This document shows, piece by piece, positions 26,075-35,857 of a stretch of DNA of 64,000 nt. A program made the translations under genes and the position numbers. The stretch is from Bacteroidia bacterium (GTDB lineage: Bacteria; Bacteroidota; Bacteroidia; JABEUT01): the NCBI GenBank assembly GCA_035486275.1, contig DATHNG010000063.1:32616-96615 (forward strand), written 5' to 3'. The notes under the pieces were generated by a model that had not been told where the DNA came from, searched no databases, and saw only the letters and a list, made by a program, of their open reading frames with translations. Within the stretch, counting starts at the first letter, position 1. Each line of letters opens with the position of its first letter.

Positions 26075-28807
26075 TTATTTTACCAATACTTTTCCGAATA
26101 TTGTGTTCAGTATAGTATTCTTTTCTTTTTCACTCAGTTTCTTTGAACCTGTTGCAGGGCTTGCGCTTTCAGGTCGCGACACACATTTTAGTTTCACTTC
26201 ATTTACCATGCGTGTCATAAATAACCATGCACCCATATTCTCCGGTTCTTCCTGAACCCATATATATTCTTTAGCCTTTTTATACTTAGCCAGGATAGCT
26301 GCAAACTGTTTACGTGGGAAAGGATATAACTGCTCCATTCGGATCAAAGCAACATCTTCATTACCCTCTTTTTCCTTAGCTTCCAACAGATCGTAATATA
26401 CTTTACCGGTGCAAAACACTAAACGTGTCGCCGAAATATTTCCATCGTCAATTATTTCCTTGAAACCACCTGTAGTGAAATCGCTGATTTTAGATACGCA
26501 TTTAGGGTGACGCAATAAGCTCTTAGGAGTAAATACGATCAGTGGTTTACGGTATGGTGCATGCAGTTGCCTGCGCAATGCATGGAACATATTAGCCGGT
26601 GTGGTCGGATCAATAACGTACATATTGTTCTCTGCACATAACATCAAAAACCTTTCCATACGTGCGCTGGAGTGCTCTGCTCCCTGGCCTTCGTAGCCAT
26701 GCGGCAGTAATAAACAAATACCATTCATACGGCGCCATTTATCTTCCGCACTGCTTAAATACTGGTCAATAATAATTTGTGCACCGTTGGCAAAATCGCC
26801 AAACTGGGCTTCCCAAATAGTTAATGTTTGTGGTGATGACATGGAATAACCATATTCAAACCCTAACACAGCATATTCAGAAAGGTGAGAATTATAAATA
26901 GCAAATTTTGCCTGCTTGTCGCTTAAGTGAGCAAGCGGTGTATACTGCTCTTCAGAATCCGTAAGGGTAAGCACTGCATGGCGGTGTGAGAATGTTCCGC
27001 GCTCTACATCTTGCCCTGTAAACCTCACCGGATGACCTTCCATTACCAATGAACCATACGCAAGCAATTCGCTCATTCCCCAATCAACTGCACCCTCGCC
27101 TTGCAACATAGCTTTGCGATCGGCCTGTAGTTTTACAATTTTAGTAAAGAAGCTTTTGTCCTTTGGCAAGTCTGTTATCTTCTCCCCTATTTCAAGTAGC
27201 GATTTTTTATCTACTGCTGTATCAGGTGATTTATCAAAGTCTTGGTCCTCAGCTATGCGAATACCTTTCCAAACACCTTCAAGGAATGATGTTACTTTGG
27301 TTTTACGGATCTGTTTTGATTCGTCTAACCTTTCCTGTAATGTTTCCTTAAACTCGTCTTCTATCTTTTTCAGGTCAGCATCATTCACCACTCCTTCATT
27401 CTCCAGTTTCGCTAAATATATTTTACGCGGATCTTCGTGAGCAGCAATTGCTTTATATAATAATGGCTGGGTAAAACGTGGCTCATCACCCTCGTTATGG
27501 CCATATTTACGGTAACCAAGCAGGTCAATAAATACATCGCGGTGGAAGGTCTGACGGAATTCAATTGCCAGCATAACAGTTTGAACAACAGCTTCTACAT
27601 CATCAGCATTAACATGGAACACCGGCGACAAAATAACTTTAGCTACGTCGGTACAATAGGTACTGCTACGTGCATCAACATAGTTTGTAGTAAAACCTAT
27701 CTGGTTATTGGCTACCATGTGTATAGTTCCACCTGTACGGTAGGCAGCAAGTTTAGCCATCTGCACGGTTTCGTAAACTACACCCTGACCTGCAATAGCA
27801 GCGTCGCCATGTATAAGTATAGTTACAACCTTATTATAGTCCTGGTTATATTGTTGTTCAAGCTTGGCACGGGTAATCCCTTCTGTAACCGGGTCAACTG
27901 TTTCCAGGTGCGAAGGGTTTGGTGTAAGGCTTAAGTGAACCTTGTTACCGTCGCGGGTTACTACGTTTGCAGAATAGCCTAAGTGATATTTTACATCGCC
28001 GCCAAAAAGCGCATCTGCATCAAATTCCTTTCCTTCAAATTCATTGAAAATATCTTCGTAGGTTTTTTTGAAAATATTGGCAAGCATGTTCAACCTGCCA
28101 CGGTGTGCCATACCTATTACAACTTCCTGTATACCAAGTGCAGCACCTTTTTGGATAACGCCGTTTATAGCTGGTATAAGGGCTTCCACCCCTTCGAGTG
28201 AGAACCTTTTCTCGCCCACAAATTTAGTATGGAGGAAATTTTCAAAAACAACCGCTTTGCTTATATCCTGCAATATTTCACGTTTCTGTTCAGCGGTGAA
28301 GCTTGGTTGGTTACGGGTTGATTCCATTTTATCCTGCAACCATTTTACTACTTTCTGGTTACGGATGTGGGTATATTCCACGCCAATAGACTGACAATAT
28401 GTTTGTTTAAGGAATGTAATAATATCTGAAAGCTTCGAAGCACCTAAGCCGATTTCATGGCCAGCCTGGAAAACAGTATCCATATCAGATTGCGCAAGAC
28501 CGATAATTTCTATCTCATCCAACGAAGGATAATATTTTCTACGCTCACGTACCGGGTTTGTTTTAGTAAACAAATGCCCCGATGAACGATAAAGGTTTAT
28601 CAGGTTTAATACTGCAAATTCCTTACGAACCTGTTCAGGTACCTGTTCTGTTCCTGACAGATCAGAATAATTTTTGCGGGCAAATTCAAACCCTTCAAAA
28701 AACTTTTGCCACGAGGTATCAACCGACGAATTATCCTGTAAATAATTCTTGTAAAGATCATCAATAGTTCCAGGGTCGGAATTACTGAGATATGAATGCT
28801 TATCCAT
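26075..28807 (-). CDS. sucA: 2-oxoglutarate dehydrogenase E1 component
   Basis: 910 aa; ThDP-binding region (GDAAIAGQGVVYE), OGDH E1 architecture; immediately upstream of sucB. Confidence 0.85.
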   Translation of the reverse strand: MDKHSYLSNSDPGTIDDLYKNYLQDNSSVDTSWQKFFEGFEFARKNYSDLSGTEQVPEQVRKEFAVLNLINLYRSSGHLFTKTNPVRERRKYYPSLDEIEIIGLAQSDMDTVFQAGHEIGLGASKLSDIITFLKQTYCQSIGVEYTHIRNQKVVKWLQDKMESTRNQPSFTAEQKREILQDISKAVVFENFLHTKFVGEKRFSLEGVEALIPAINGVIQKGAALGIQEVVIGMAHRGRLNMLANIFKKTYEDIFNEFEGKEFDADALFGGDVKYHLGYSANVVTRDGNKVHLSLTPNPSHLETVDPVTEGITRAKLEQQYNQDYNKVVTILIHGDAAIAGQGVVYETVQMAKLAAYRTGGTIHMVANNQIGFTTNYVDARSSTYCTDVAKVILSPVFHVNADDVEAVVQTVMLAIEFRQTFHRDVFIDLLGYRKYGHNEGDEPRFTQPLLYKAIAAHEDPRKIYLAKLENEGVVNDADLKKIEDEFKETLQERLDESKQIRKTKVTSFLEGVWKGIRIAEDQDFDKSPDTAVDKKSLLEIGEKITDLPKDKSFFTKIVKLQADRKAMLQGEGAVDWGMSELLAYGSLVMEGHPVRFTGQDVERGTFSHRHAVLTLTDSEEQYTPLAHLSDKQAKFAIYNSHLSEYAVLGFEYGYSMSSPQTLTIWEAQFGDFANGAQIIIDQYLSSAEDKWRRMNGICLLLPHGYEGQGAEHSSARMERFLMLCAENNMYVIDPTTPANMFHALRRQLHAPYRKPLIVFTPKSLLRHPKCVSKISDFTTGGFKEIIDDGNISATRLVFCTGKVYYDLLEAKEKEGNEDVALIRMEQLYPFPRKQFAAILAKYKKAKEYIWVQEEPENMGAWLFMTRMVNEVKLKCVSRPESASPATGSKKLSEKEKNTILNTIFGKVLVK

Positions 28808-28860
28808 ACTTTTTTTAATAGGATGGTAAATTTAAGCATTTTACAGCCAACACCAATGGC

Positions 28861-30201
28861 CTACTTTAATGCAATGGAATTCAGTGCCTTAGCAAGGTCG
28901 CCTGTAAGCGATTTTCGTGAATATTTCTCAATATTAGCCCCTTCGCTAAATAAGCCACCCGACTTATACTTACTATAAAAATAGAGGATGCTCTTTTTCA
29001 TTTCAGCTATATCGTCAAAACCGGCAAAAAGTCCTGCCTTGGTATCATCAATAATTTTCTGTGCGTCGCCACCTTCAATTCCTATGCATAGTATTGGCCG
29101 CTTTGCTGCCATATATTCAAAAAACTTGCCTGTGGTTATTCCCATTGCATTAGGTGTTCGGTTTATCAATAACATTAACACCTGCGCCTGCTTTTGAACA
29201 ATTGCAACATCGTGATGAGATAGGTATGCAATTTTATTTACGTAAGGAGCTAAGCCATGTTTTTCGAGATCTTCTTGTACGGCAATATCTACTTTACCGA
29301 CTAATTTTATCTCCAGATCAGATGCAAAGACAGCGTTCTCTTTCGTTAGTTCTGCCAATGCTTTCCAAAGTGTTGGTTGGTTTCTCGATTTATCGAGCGT
29401 GCCAATATGTGCCATGGTGAATTTCTTATCCAGTTGCACTTCACCTACCCCGTCATAATCCTCAGGGTCAAATCCATTTGAGATAAACTTAAACTTGGCA
29501 TGCATAGCATCGGTGTACTTGCCTGACGTTCCCTTCTTCAGAATCGCTTCCAACCCATCTAACCAATTCTGCCCTACACAGCTCACGACATCGGCATTTT
29601 GCAACACACCCAATTCCAATTTTTTATGTTTCCTGTCTGCCATGGGTGTAAGCATCAGCTTCGAATAAAAATCTATTTCAGTCCACGGATCACGAAAATC
29701 GGCCATCCATGGAATATTTATTTTTCTTTTAATAGCCTGTGCTATAAGGTGCATGCTGTGCGGCGGACCAGTAGATACCATTGCATCAACTGGGTTCTTC
29801 TTCAAATATTCCACTAAATACTTAGCAGAAGGCTTTATCCAAAATTTACGCGCATCGGGAATAAAGAAGTTACCACGTATCCACACAGCGGGTTTTTCAA
29901 GCGGTTTTGGTTTCTTTGATTCTGTAAGGAAAGCAGCATTTATTTTTTCATGCTTCTTCTGCCCCATTAACTTTTTGTAAAACAAATAGGGTTCCCATAT
30001 CTCCGTTTTAAGAACGGTCAGGTTTTTCGGCAGATCTTTTTGTAATGAATCATCATTGGTCGGCGATTCAGGATTTGAAGGAGTATATACAATTGGTTCC
30101 CAACCGAACTCGCGCAAATACTTTACAAATTTCAGCCAACGCTGCACCCCTGCACCGCCACTTGGTGGCCAGTAATATGTAATAATAAGAACCTTTTTCA
30201 T
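28861..30201 (-). CDS. GT-B glycosyltransferase (GT4-like)
   Basis: KKVLIITYYWPPSGGAGVQRW... N-terminus typical of GT4 enzymes; start moved to the internal MKKVLII so that it abuts the YfhO stop. Confidence 0.5.
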   Translation of the reverse strand: MKKVLIITYYWPPSGGAGVQRWLKFVKYLREFGWEPIVYTPSNPESPTNDDSLQKDLPKNLTVLKTEIWEPYLFYKKLMGQKKHEKINAAFLTESKKPKPLEKPAVWIRGNFFIPDARKFWIKPSAKYLVEYLKKNPVDAMVSTGPPHSMHLIAQAIKRKINIPWMADFRDPWTEIDFYSKLMLTPMADRKHKKLELGVLQNADVVSCVGQNWLDGLEAILKKGTSGKYTDAMHAKFKFISNGFDPEDYDGVGEVQLDKKFTMAHIGTLDKSRNQPTLWKALAELTKENAVFASDLEIKLVGKVDIAVQEDLEKHGLAPYVNKIAYLSHHDVAIVQKQAQVLMLLINRTPNAMGITTGKFFEYMAAKRPILCIGIEGGDAQKIIDDTKAGLFAGFDDIAEMKKSILYFYSKYKSGGLFSEGANIEKYSRKSLTGDLAKALNSIALK

Positions 30202-30202
30202 T

Positions 30203-32728
30203 TTACTCGGTAGGCTTCTTCCTGAATTCCATAAAAAGAATACCAACGCAACTTAACAATATAATAAGCGAGCTAGCCAATGAAATCTTTTCACCAATTG
30301 CATATGATTTTGGCTCGAATTTAAATTCAATGGTATGGTTTCCTGCAGGAATAATCATTGCACGCAATACATAATTTGCGCGTATGTAATCAGAAGGTTT
30401 TCCATCAATAAATGCATCCCATCCTTCCTTGTAATATACTTCAGAGAATACTGCAAGTTCCTGTACATTTGATTTGGATTCATAAACCAGGTCATTGGGC
30501 TGGTACGATTTCATTTTAATTGATCCTGTTGAATCGTTGGTTGGGGTTATACCTTTCAAATAATCGGTAAAGCGCTTATCAACTAAGGCAGTGTGTTTAG
30601 GATCGAAATGTGAAAGTGATATTATTTCAGAATCGGCATCCTCAACAATTTTCCAGTTATTTACAAACCATGCGTTACCTAATGCATCAGGGTTTTTCTC
30701 TGCTACATTTTCCTTTCCACCAGGGCCCGGTGCTATAATATACTTTGTGTTCAACATATTAAGCACTCCTATATTCTCTCTGCTGATACGAGTACTTAGT
30801 AAACCTGTATACTGAAGCATTTCATCAAACCGTTTCATTTTAACTCCACTATAGCCACCAATTGATTTATGGAAATATGAAGTACGACTATCCTGATCGG
30901 GACGAACAGTGGTGTTATATACTCTGTAATCAAGCGAAGTATCTTTTTGTATGTCAATATCTGCTTGTTCTGGCTGATATGGCACTTGGGCTGCTTTCTT
31001 GGTAGTCCAATGCTCCCTGCTATGATCAAGATATCGCCAATCGACCTGGCTTAGATCCCATAGCACAAAAAAACATAATACCCCTGCAAACCAATTACGG
31101 CTTATCATCTTTTTAGAATATACCCACACAAGGGCCGCTGACAGTACAATAAATATTAGTGTACGTCCCGCATCACCTGTGAATATTTTTTTGCGGGCTT
31201 CGGCTACAGCTGAGAAAACATTTCCCAGGTATTGCTCAGCCTGCGCCTGGCTTGCCTTAGCGCCTTCTACAAATCTTTGCACCCATTCAGTATTCTGAGA
31301 CTGGTTTTGAAAATCTGTGAATGAAGTAGGGGTTATGTAACATAATAACGCAAAACCGCCAACAATACCAAGCGAAATAAATAATATCTTCTTTCCGCTC
31401 ATATTCTTGATGAATTTCACCGGAATGCTTTCATTCAAAAAGTCCTTGGCATTGACGATCCTATCCAATGCTAAGGCTGCCATAATGGGTAGTGTAAGTT
31501 CAGCTAATACCAATATCATTGACACCGCACGGAAGTTGTTAAATGCCGGAAAATGGTCGAAAAAGAAATCGAAAATACTTGTACCGAATATTATAACAGG
31601 ATTATGCCCCCATGATAAGGCAATGGAAAGAGCTGTAGTAACCAATAAAAACCACTTCAATGAACCCTTGATCAGAAACATGCCCATAAGTGCAAAAAAA
31701 CAAATGATAGCACCCACGTATACCGGGCCGGAAGTAAAAGGCTGGTCACCGAAATATTGCGAGTAGTTTTGATATATCTGTGTTTGTTGTTCATCCAGAT
31801 CTCTTGGAGTACCGGCTACAGAACCAATCGGATCTGATGCGCCCCCTTTAAAATCAGGAATGAGTAAAGTAAAACTTTCACCTACTCCATAGCACCATCC
31901 GGTTGCATATTCTTTCGTAAGTCCACTCGATTTATTTTCGTGATTTAAGGTAAGCTCCGATTTACCACGGCTTGAATACTTACTATATTCATAGGTTAAC
32001 CAAAGGCTTGTAAGATTAGTGCCAAAAGCAAGCATTGTTGCCACTGCAAGCATGGCAGCGGTCTTTAAATAACTAACCAATTGTTTTTCTTTAATAGCTG
32101 TAACGAGTCGTGCAACAGCATACACGGCTATTGCCATAAACAGATAATAGGTTATTTGAAGATGGCTCGCAAACAGTTCCATTGCCATGGCAAATGCTGT
32201 AAGAACAGTTCCCGCCAATCGTTTTCCGTTGAACGCCATAATTACACCTGCTAATACGAGGGGCATGAAAGAACATGCATTAGCCTCTGAATTATGTCCT
32301 GCTGTAAGTATAATGAAGAAGAAAGAAGAGAATGCATATCCGAAAGAGCCTATAATAGCAACCCATGAATCTACCTTCATAACCTTCATTAACACATAAA
32401 AGCTAAGGCAAGAAATGAATACTGTACTTATAGGGAAAGGAAGAATAGCCACTATAATCTGAAATATGTACATCATCAGATCAGCTGCATAATAAGCCGA
32501 TATCTGGTAGCTTGGCATACCGCCAAACATTGAGTTTGTCCACAAAGGTTCGTGATGGAACCTGCTACGGAAATCAAATATTTCCTTAGATACACCAAGG
32601 AAATTGGTAATATCGCTCTGCGCCAGAGTTTTGCCTTGCAGGGCTGGCCAGAAATACATAACCGGTATAAGAATGAACAGGCCAAGCGCTATTAAGTGCG
32701 GTTGCCATAACTTAAGTTTGTTTTGCAT
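30203..32728 (-). CDS. YfhO-family polytopic membrane protein (GT-C-like glycosyltransferase)
   Basis: 841 aa; >12 TM helices plus a large C-terminal extracytoplasmic domain; the N-terminus resembles the YfhO family. Confidence 0.55.
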   Translation of the reverse strand: MQNKLKLWQPHLIALGLFILIPVMYFWPALQGKTLAQSDITNFLGVSKEIFDFRSRFHHEPLWTNSMFGGMPSYQISAYYAADLMMYIFQIIVAILPFPISTVFISCLSFYVLMKVMKVDSWVAIIGSFGYAFSSFFFIILTAGHNSEANACSFMPLVLAGVIMAFNGKRLAGTVLTAFAMAMELFASHLQITYYLFMAIAVYAVARLVTAIKEKQLVSYLKTAAMLAVATMLAFGTNLTSLWLTYEYSKYSSRGKSELTLNHENKSSGLTKEYATGWCYGVGESFTLLIPDFKGGASDPIGSVAGTPRDLDEQQTQIYQNYSQYFGDQPFTSGPVYVGAIICFFALMGMFLIKGSLKWFLLVTTALSIALSWGHNPVIIFGTSIFDFFFDHFPAFNNFRAVSMILVLAELTLPIMAALALDRIVNAKDFLNESIPVKFIKNMSGKKILFISLGIVGGFALLCYITPTSFTDFQNQSQNTEWVQRFVEGAKASQAQAEQYLGNVFSAVAEARKKIFTGDAGRTLIFIVLSAALVWVYSKKMISRNWFAGVLCFFVLWDLSQVDWRYLDHSREHWTTKKAAQVPYQPEQADIDIQKDTSLDYRVYNTTVRPDQDSRTSYFHKSIGGYSGVKMKRFDEMLQYTGLLSTRISRENIGVLNMLNTKYIIAPGPGGKENVAEKNPDALGNAWFVNNWKIVEDADSEIISLSHFDPKHTALVDKRFTDYLKGITPTNDSTGSIKMKSYQPNDLVYESKSNVQELAVFSEVYYKEGWDAFIDGKPSDYIRANYVLRAMIIPAGNHTIEFKFEPKSYAIGEKISLASSLIILLSCVGILFMEFRKKPTE

Positions 32729-32760
32729 AGTGTAGTTAAAGTAACAAAGATAAGATACTT

Positions 32761-33591
32761 TTATTTCGGCTGCTCAGCCATTACCTCTAAAGCCCTTGCA
32801 GGGTAATCTGTTATAATTCCGTCAACACCCATTAAAATATGCTGGTGCATATCTTCTTTTTCATTTTCTGTCCATACCAGGGCTTTCATACCCAGTTCGT
32901 GTATGCGATCTATCCATTTGCTGGTTGCGTATTTATAATACAAGCCACAAGTATCAGGAGTAAACTTCAAAGCGCTCATTCGCAGTTTGATAAAGCGGGG
33001 GTTTTTAACCAACATCCCTATTGAACAGCCAGGATTTTTTTGATGCAGTACATTCAGTGACCGCATATCGAACGATTGAATCAATATTCTATTATATATA
33101 TTGAACGGAGCCAATTCTTTCAGCACCAGGTCTACAAATTCATCAGGCGGTGGGTGTAACTCATGGTCGTTAACCCATTTGCTCTTAATTTCAACATTAT
33201 ATACCAAAGGCGGAAGGTTATTACTTTTAATGAATGCCTCAACCTTTCCAATAACTTCAGCCAATAAAGGTTTGTACGCGGGCAACTTAATCTGGTGAGG
33301 GAAATTAACATTACCACGCAAGCCGCAATCGTACCTACGTATTCTATTATAATTCATCCGGTACAAGTTCTTACGTTTAAGAAAATTCACCTTTGAATTA
33401 TCAGGTTTGGTACAGGTTTTAGGGTTCATCCATGGTTCGTGAGAAACCACCACTTTTTTATCTTTCGATATAACTACATCCAGTTCTACCCCGTATAAAC
33501 CCAAGCCGGCTGCATATAAAAAGCCTTCTATGGTATTTTCCGGGTACAATCCTCTTGCACCTCTATGTCCGTAAATAACTGTTTGCATCAC
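32761..33591 (-). CDS. Glycerophosphodiester phosphodiesterase-family protein
   Basis: VIYGHRGARGLYPENTIEGF....G..GVELDVVISKDKKVVVSHEP - GDPD catalytic signature. Confidence 0.7.
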   Translation of the reverse strand: MMQTVIYGHRGARGLYPENTIEGFLYAAGLGLYGVELDVVISKDKKVVVSHEPWMNPKTCTKPDNSKVNFLKRKNLYRMNYNRIRRYDCGLRGNVNFPHQIKLPAYKPLLAEVIGKVEAFIKSNNLPPLVYNVEIKSKWVNDHELHPPPDEFVDLVLKELAPFNIYNRILIQSFDMRSLNVLHQKNPGCSIGMLVKNPRFIKLRMSALKFTPDTCGLYYKYATSKWIDRIHELGMKALVWTENEKEDMHQHILMGVDGIITDYPARALEVMAEQPK

Positions 33592-33674
33592 TCCTAATTA
33601 TTCCAAAGATAATATTTGTAGCTTATTCAAATAAAATGTAAAATTGCAATTATGACGAAATATGGAACACCAGA

Positions 33675-34745
33675 ATGAAGAAGCTATTACTTGCATTACT
33701 TCTTTCTTTTCTTTTCTCTTCAGCATTTGCGTCTAATTCTGATAGTATTAAAAAAGAAAAGGTACATATCGTACCAATTCCCGTACTTTATTATGTACCC
33801 GAAACGCGTTTTGCATTTGGTGCCGGAGCTTCTTTTACATTTAAACTAAGCTATGATAGTGCTACAAATTATTCAGATGTTTTAGGTATTGGTGCATATA
33901 CACAGGATAATCAAATAGTTCTTTACGCTCCAATTGAATTATATTCAAAAGAAAACAAATATTACCTTGAAGGTGAACTTGGTTTTTATAAATACAGTTA
34001 CTATTACTGGGGTATTGGGACTGACAGGGTTAACCAGGAATTATATGAAGTAGTTTACCCCCGCATTATTTTAAATGGATACAGGAAATTGTTTTCAAAT
34101 ATTTACGCAGGGGTCGATTATTATTTCAGGGCCGATAATTTTATAAATTACGCCAGCAACGGAGTACTTGGAACAGGTGAGGTGACCGGGAGCAAAAACT
34201 ATACAGCGTCGGGTGCCGGGTTCGGTCTTTTATATGATTCAAGAGACAGCATATTCTTTCCGACAAAAGGAGTTTTGGTCCGTGTAACATCATACGACTA
34301 TTCTTCATTTTTAGGCTCAACCTTCAACTTTCAAAAAGTATTGACCGATGTTTCGTGGTATAAACGAATAACACCCTCGTTCATACTTGCCATGAACCAG
34401 CACAACGAATTTACTTTTGGTAATGCCCCATTTGATATGATAGGCCTGGTTGGCGGCAGTAAACAAATGCGCGGGTATTATTATGGTTATTACCGCGATA
34501 AATTCCTTATGCTACTTCAGGCCGAAGCAAGAGTGCACATTCATGGCCCTTGGGGATTTGCCATATTTGGCGCTACATCAATGATAGGCCATCCGGGAAG
34601 TTTCCCCGATGCTCCGGGACTAATTTTTGCTGAGGGTGCAGGCTTACGTTATACCGCAAATAAAAAACAGCATATTAATATAAGAGGAGATCTTGGTTAT
34701 GGCAATACTGTTGAGTATTACTTAAGTGTGGAAGAAGCTTTCTAA
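33675..34745 (+). CDS. Putative outer-membrane beta-barrel protein
   Basis: Signal peptide, alternating aromatic/Gly-rich strands, C-terminal ...EEAF typical of OMP terminal strands. Confidence 0.3.
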   Translation: MKKLLLALLLSFLFSSAFASNSDSIKKEKVHIVPIPVLYYVPETRFAFGAGASFTFKLSYDSATNYSDVLGIGAYTQDNQIVLYAPIELYSKENKYYLEGELGFYKYSYYYWGIGTDRVNQELYEVVYPRIILNGYRKLFSNIYAGVDYYFRADNFINYASNGVLGTGEVTGSKNYTASGAGFGLLYDSRDSIFFPTKGVLVRVTSYDYSSFLGSTFNFQKVLTDVSWYKRITPSFILAMNQHNEFTFGNAPFDMIGLVGGSKQMRGYYYGYYRDKFLMLLQAEARVHIHGPWGFAIFGATSMIGHPGSFPDAPGLIFAEGAGLRYTANKKQHINIRGDLGYGNTVEYYLSVEEAF

Positions 34746-34763
34746 CGCACTGTAAATAAAACA

Positions 34764-35252
34764 CTATTTCATTTTCCAGAAAACCAGTGAATCGGCCCCA
34801 CAGGCAAAGTATTTATTCTGGCACTTCAAATCCATCATACTATCGCCTTTTATAACACCTTTATAAAACAGTCTGTCCTGGGCAAAACCAAATGCAACAG
34901 GCCCGCCATAATTACTGTAGTTACTTAAGGTAAATGGCACCCTATATAGTTCGCCTTCAATAAAGTTAAAACTTACGGTATCGCTAACAATTCGCACATT
35001 ATTAACATAGGCGCGAAAGAATAAACCATTTGATGTGGTTTGCATAGTTGGCCCCATAATAACACCCCGTAATGAATCACCTTCACAATAAAACAGGAAA
35101 TAGAACGTCCAATTAGGCCTTTGCGGAACTACCGTATAACGATATGCCTTACCATCAAGTGCGCTCACACATGGTTGTTTACTTTTAGTTTTTTCTCCTC
35201 CTTTAAAGGCGAGCAATGCAAACAACACTAAGCCTATCGCAATCCCTTTCAT
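34764..35252 (-). CDS. Hypothetical secreted protein
   Basis: Signal peptide only. Confidence 0.3.
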   Translation of the reverse strand: MKGIAIGLVLFALLAFKGGEKTKSKQPCVSALDGKAYRYTVVPQRPNWTFYFLFYCEGDSLRGVIMGPTMQTTSNGLFFRAYVNNVRIVSDTVSFNFIEGELYRVPFTLSNYSNYGGPVAFGFAQDRLFYKGVIKGDSMMDLKCQNKYFACGADSLVFWKMK

Positions 35253-35257
35253 GATAA

Positions 35258-35719
35258 TTAGAATTCTTTTGATTTATCCTTATTAGTTATCCATTCATTA
35301 ATATCTCTTACCATAGTACGGCACTCCACAGAGCCTGTTGTATAGCAAGGGCACATTTTTTCTGCAAAAAAATATTTTCCTCTTATAAAGTTCAAACTAT
35401 TCTGCCGTATGTCTTCATTTGAAGTTACAAGGCAGTTTGATGTAGCATAATACATCATAGCCTTTTGCTCCATCTTTGCCGAATCTTCATGTGTAAACTC
35501 AAACACGTAGAATATAACGGGTTGCAACTTCTTCTTATTGCATTCAAACTTCCATTGTGCTATAGCTCTTTTGCCAAACATAGGCACATAGGTAGTGTCT
35601 TTCACTAAGTCGACACTCCATCCTTCCGGTGTTTTAAATGTTTTAGTTATTTTCTTCAGGTCTTGACCAAAACAAGTTATTCCTATTAATATAAAGAATA
35701 ACACAATAAATCTCTTCAT
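35258..35719 (-). CDS. Hypothetical secreted protein
   Basis: Signal peptide only. Confidence 0.3.
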   Translation of the reverse strand: MKRFIVLFFILIGITCFGQDLKKITKTFKTPEGWSVDLVKDTTYVPMFGKRAIAQWKFECNKKKLQPVIFYVFEFTHEDSAKMEQKAMMYYATSNCLVTSNEDIRQNSLNFIRGKYFFAEKMCPCYTTGSVECRTMVRDINEWITNKDKSKEF

Positions 35720-35857
35720 AGTCTACAAGTATATTAAGCAAAGCTACATAAATAGAGAGCAATAAATCTGTTCATTCACATTTTTTATTCACCCATATCA
35801 CCTCGTAATTATTCATTCAGATAAATTTTCTTTCTTTGTATATAATAGAAATTCAAC

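Noticed and set aside
30202-30246. Upstream extension of the GT4 ORF (MVFFLWNSGRSLPSK)
   Set aside because: It overlaps the YfhO gene. The GT4 consensus starts at MKKVLIITYYWPP, which abuts the YfhO stop exactly.
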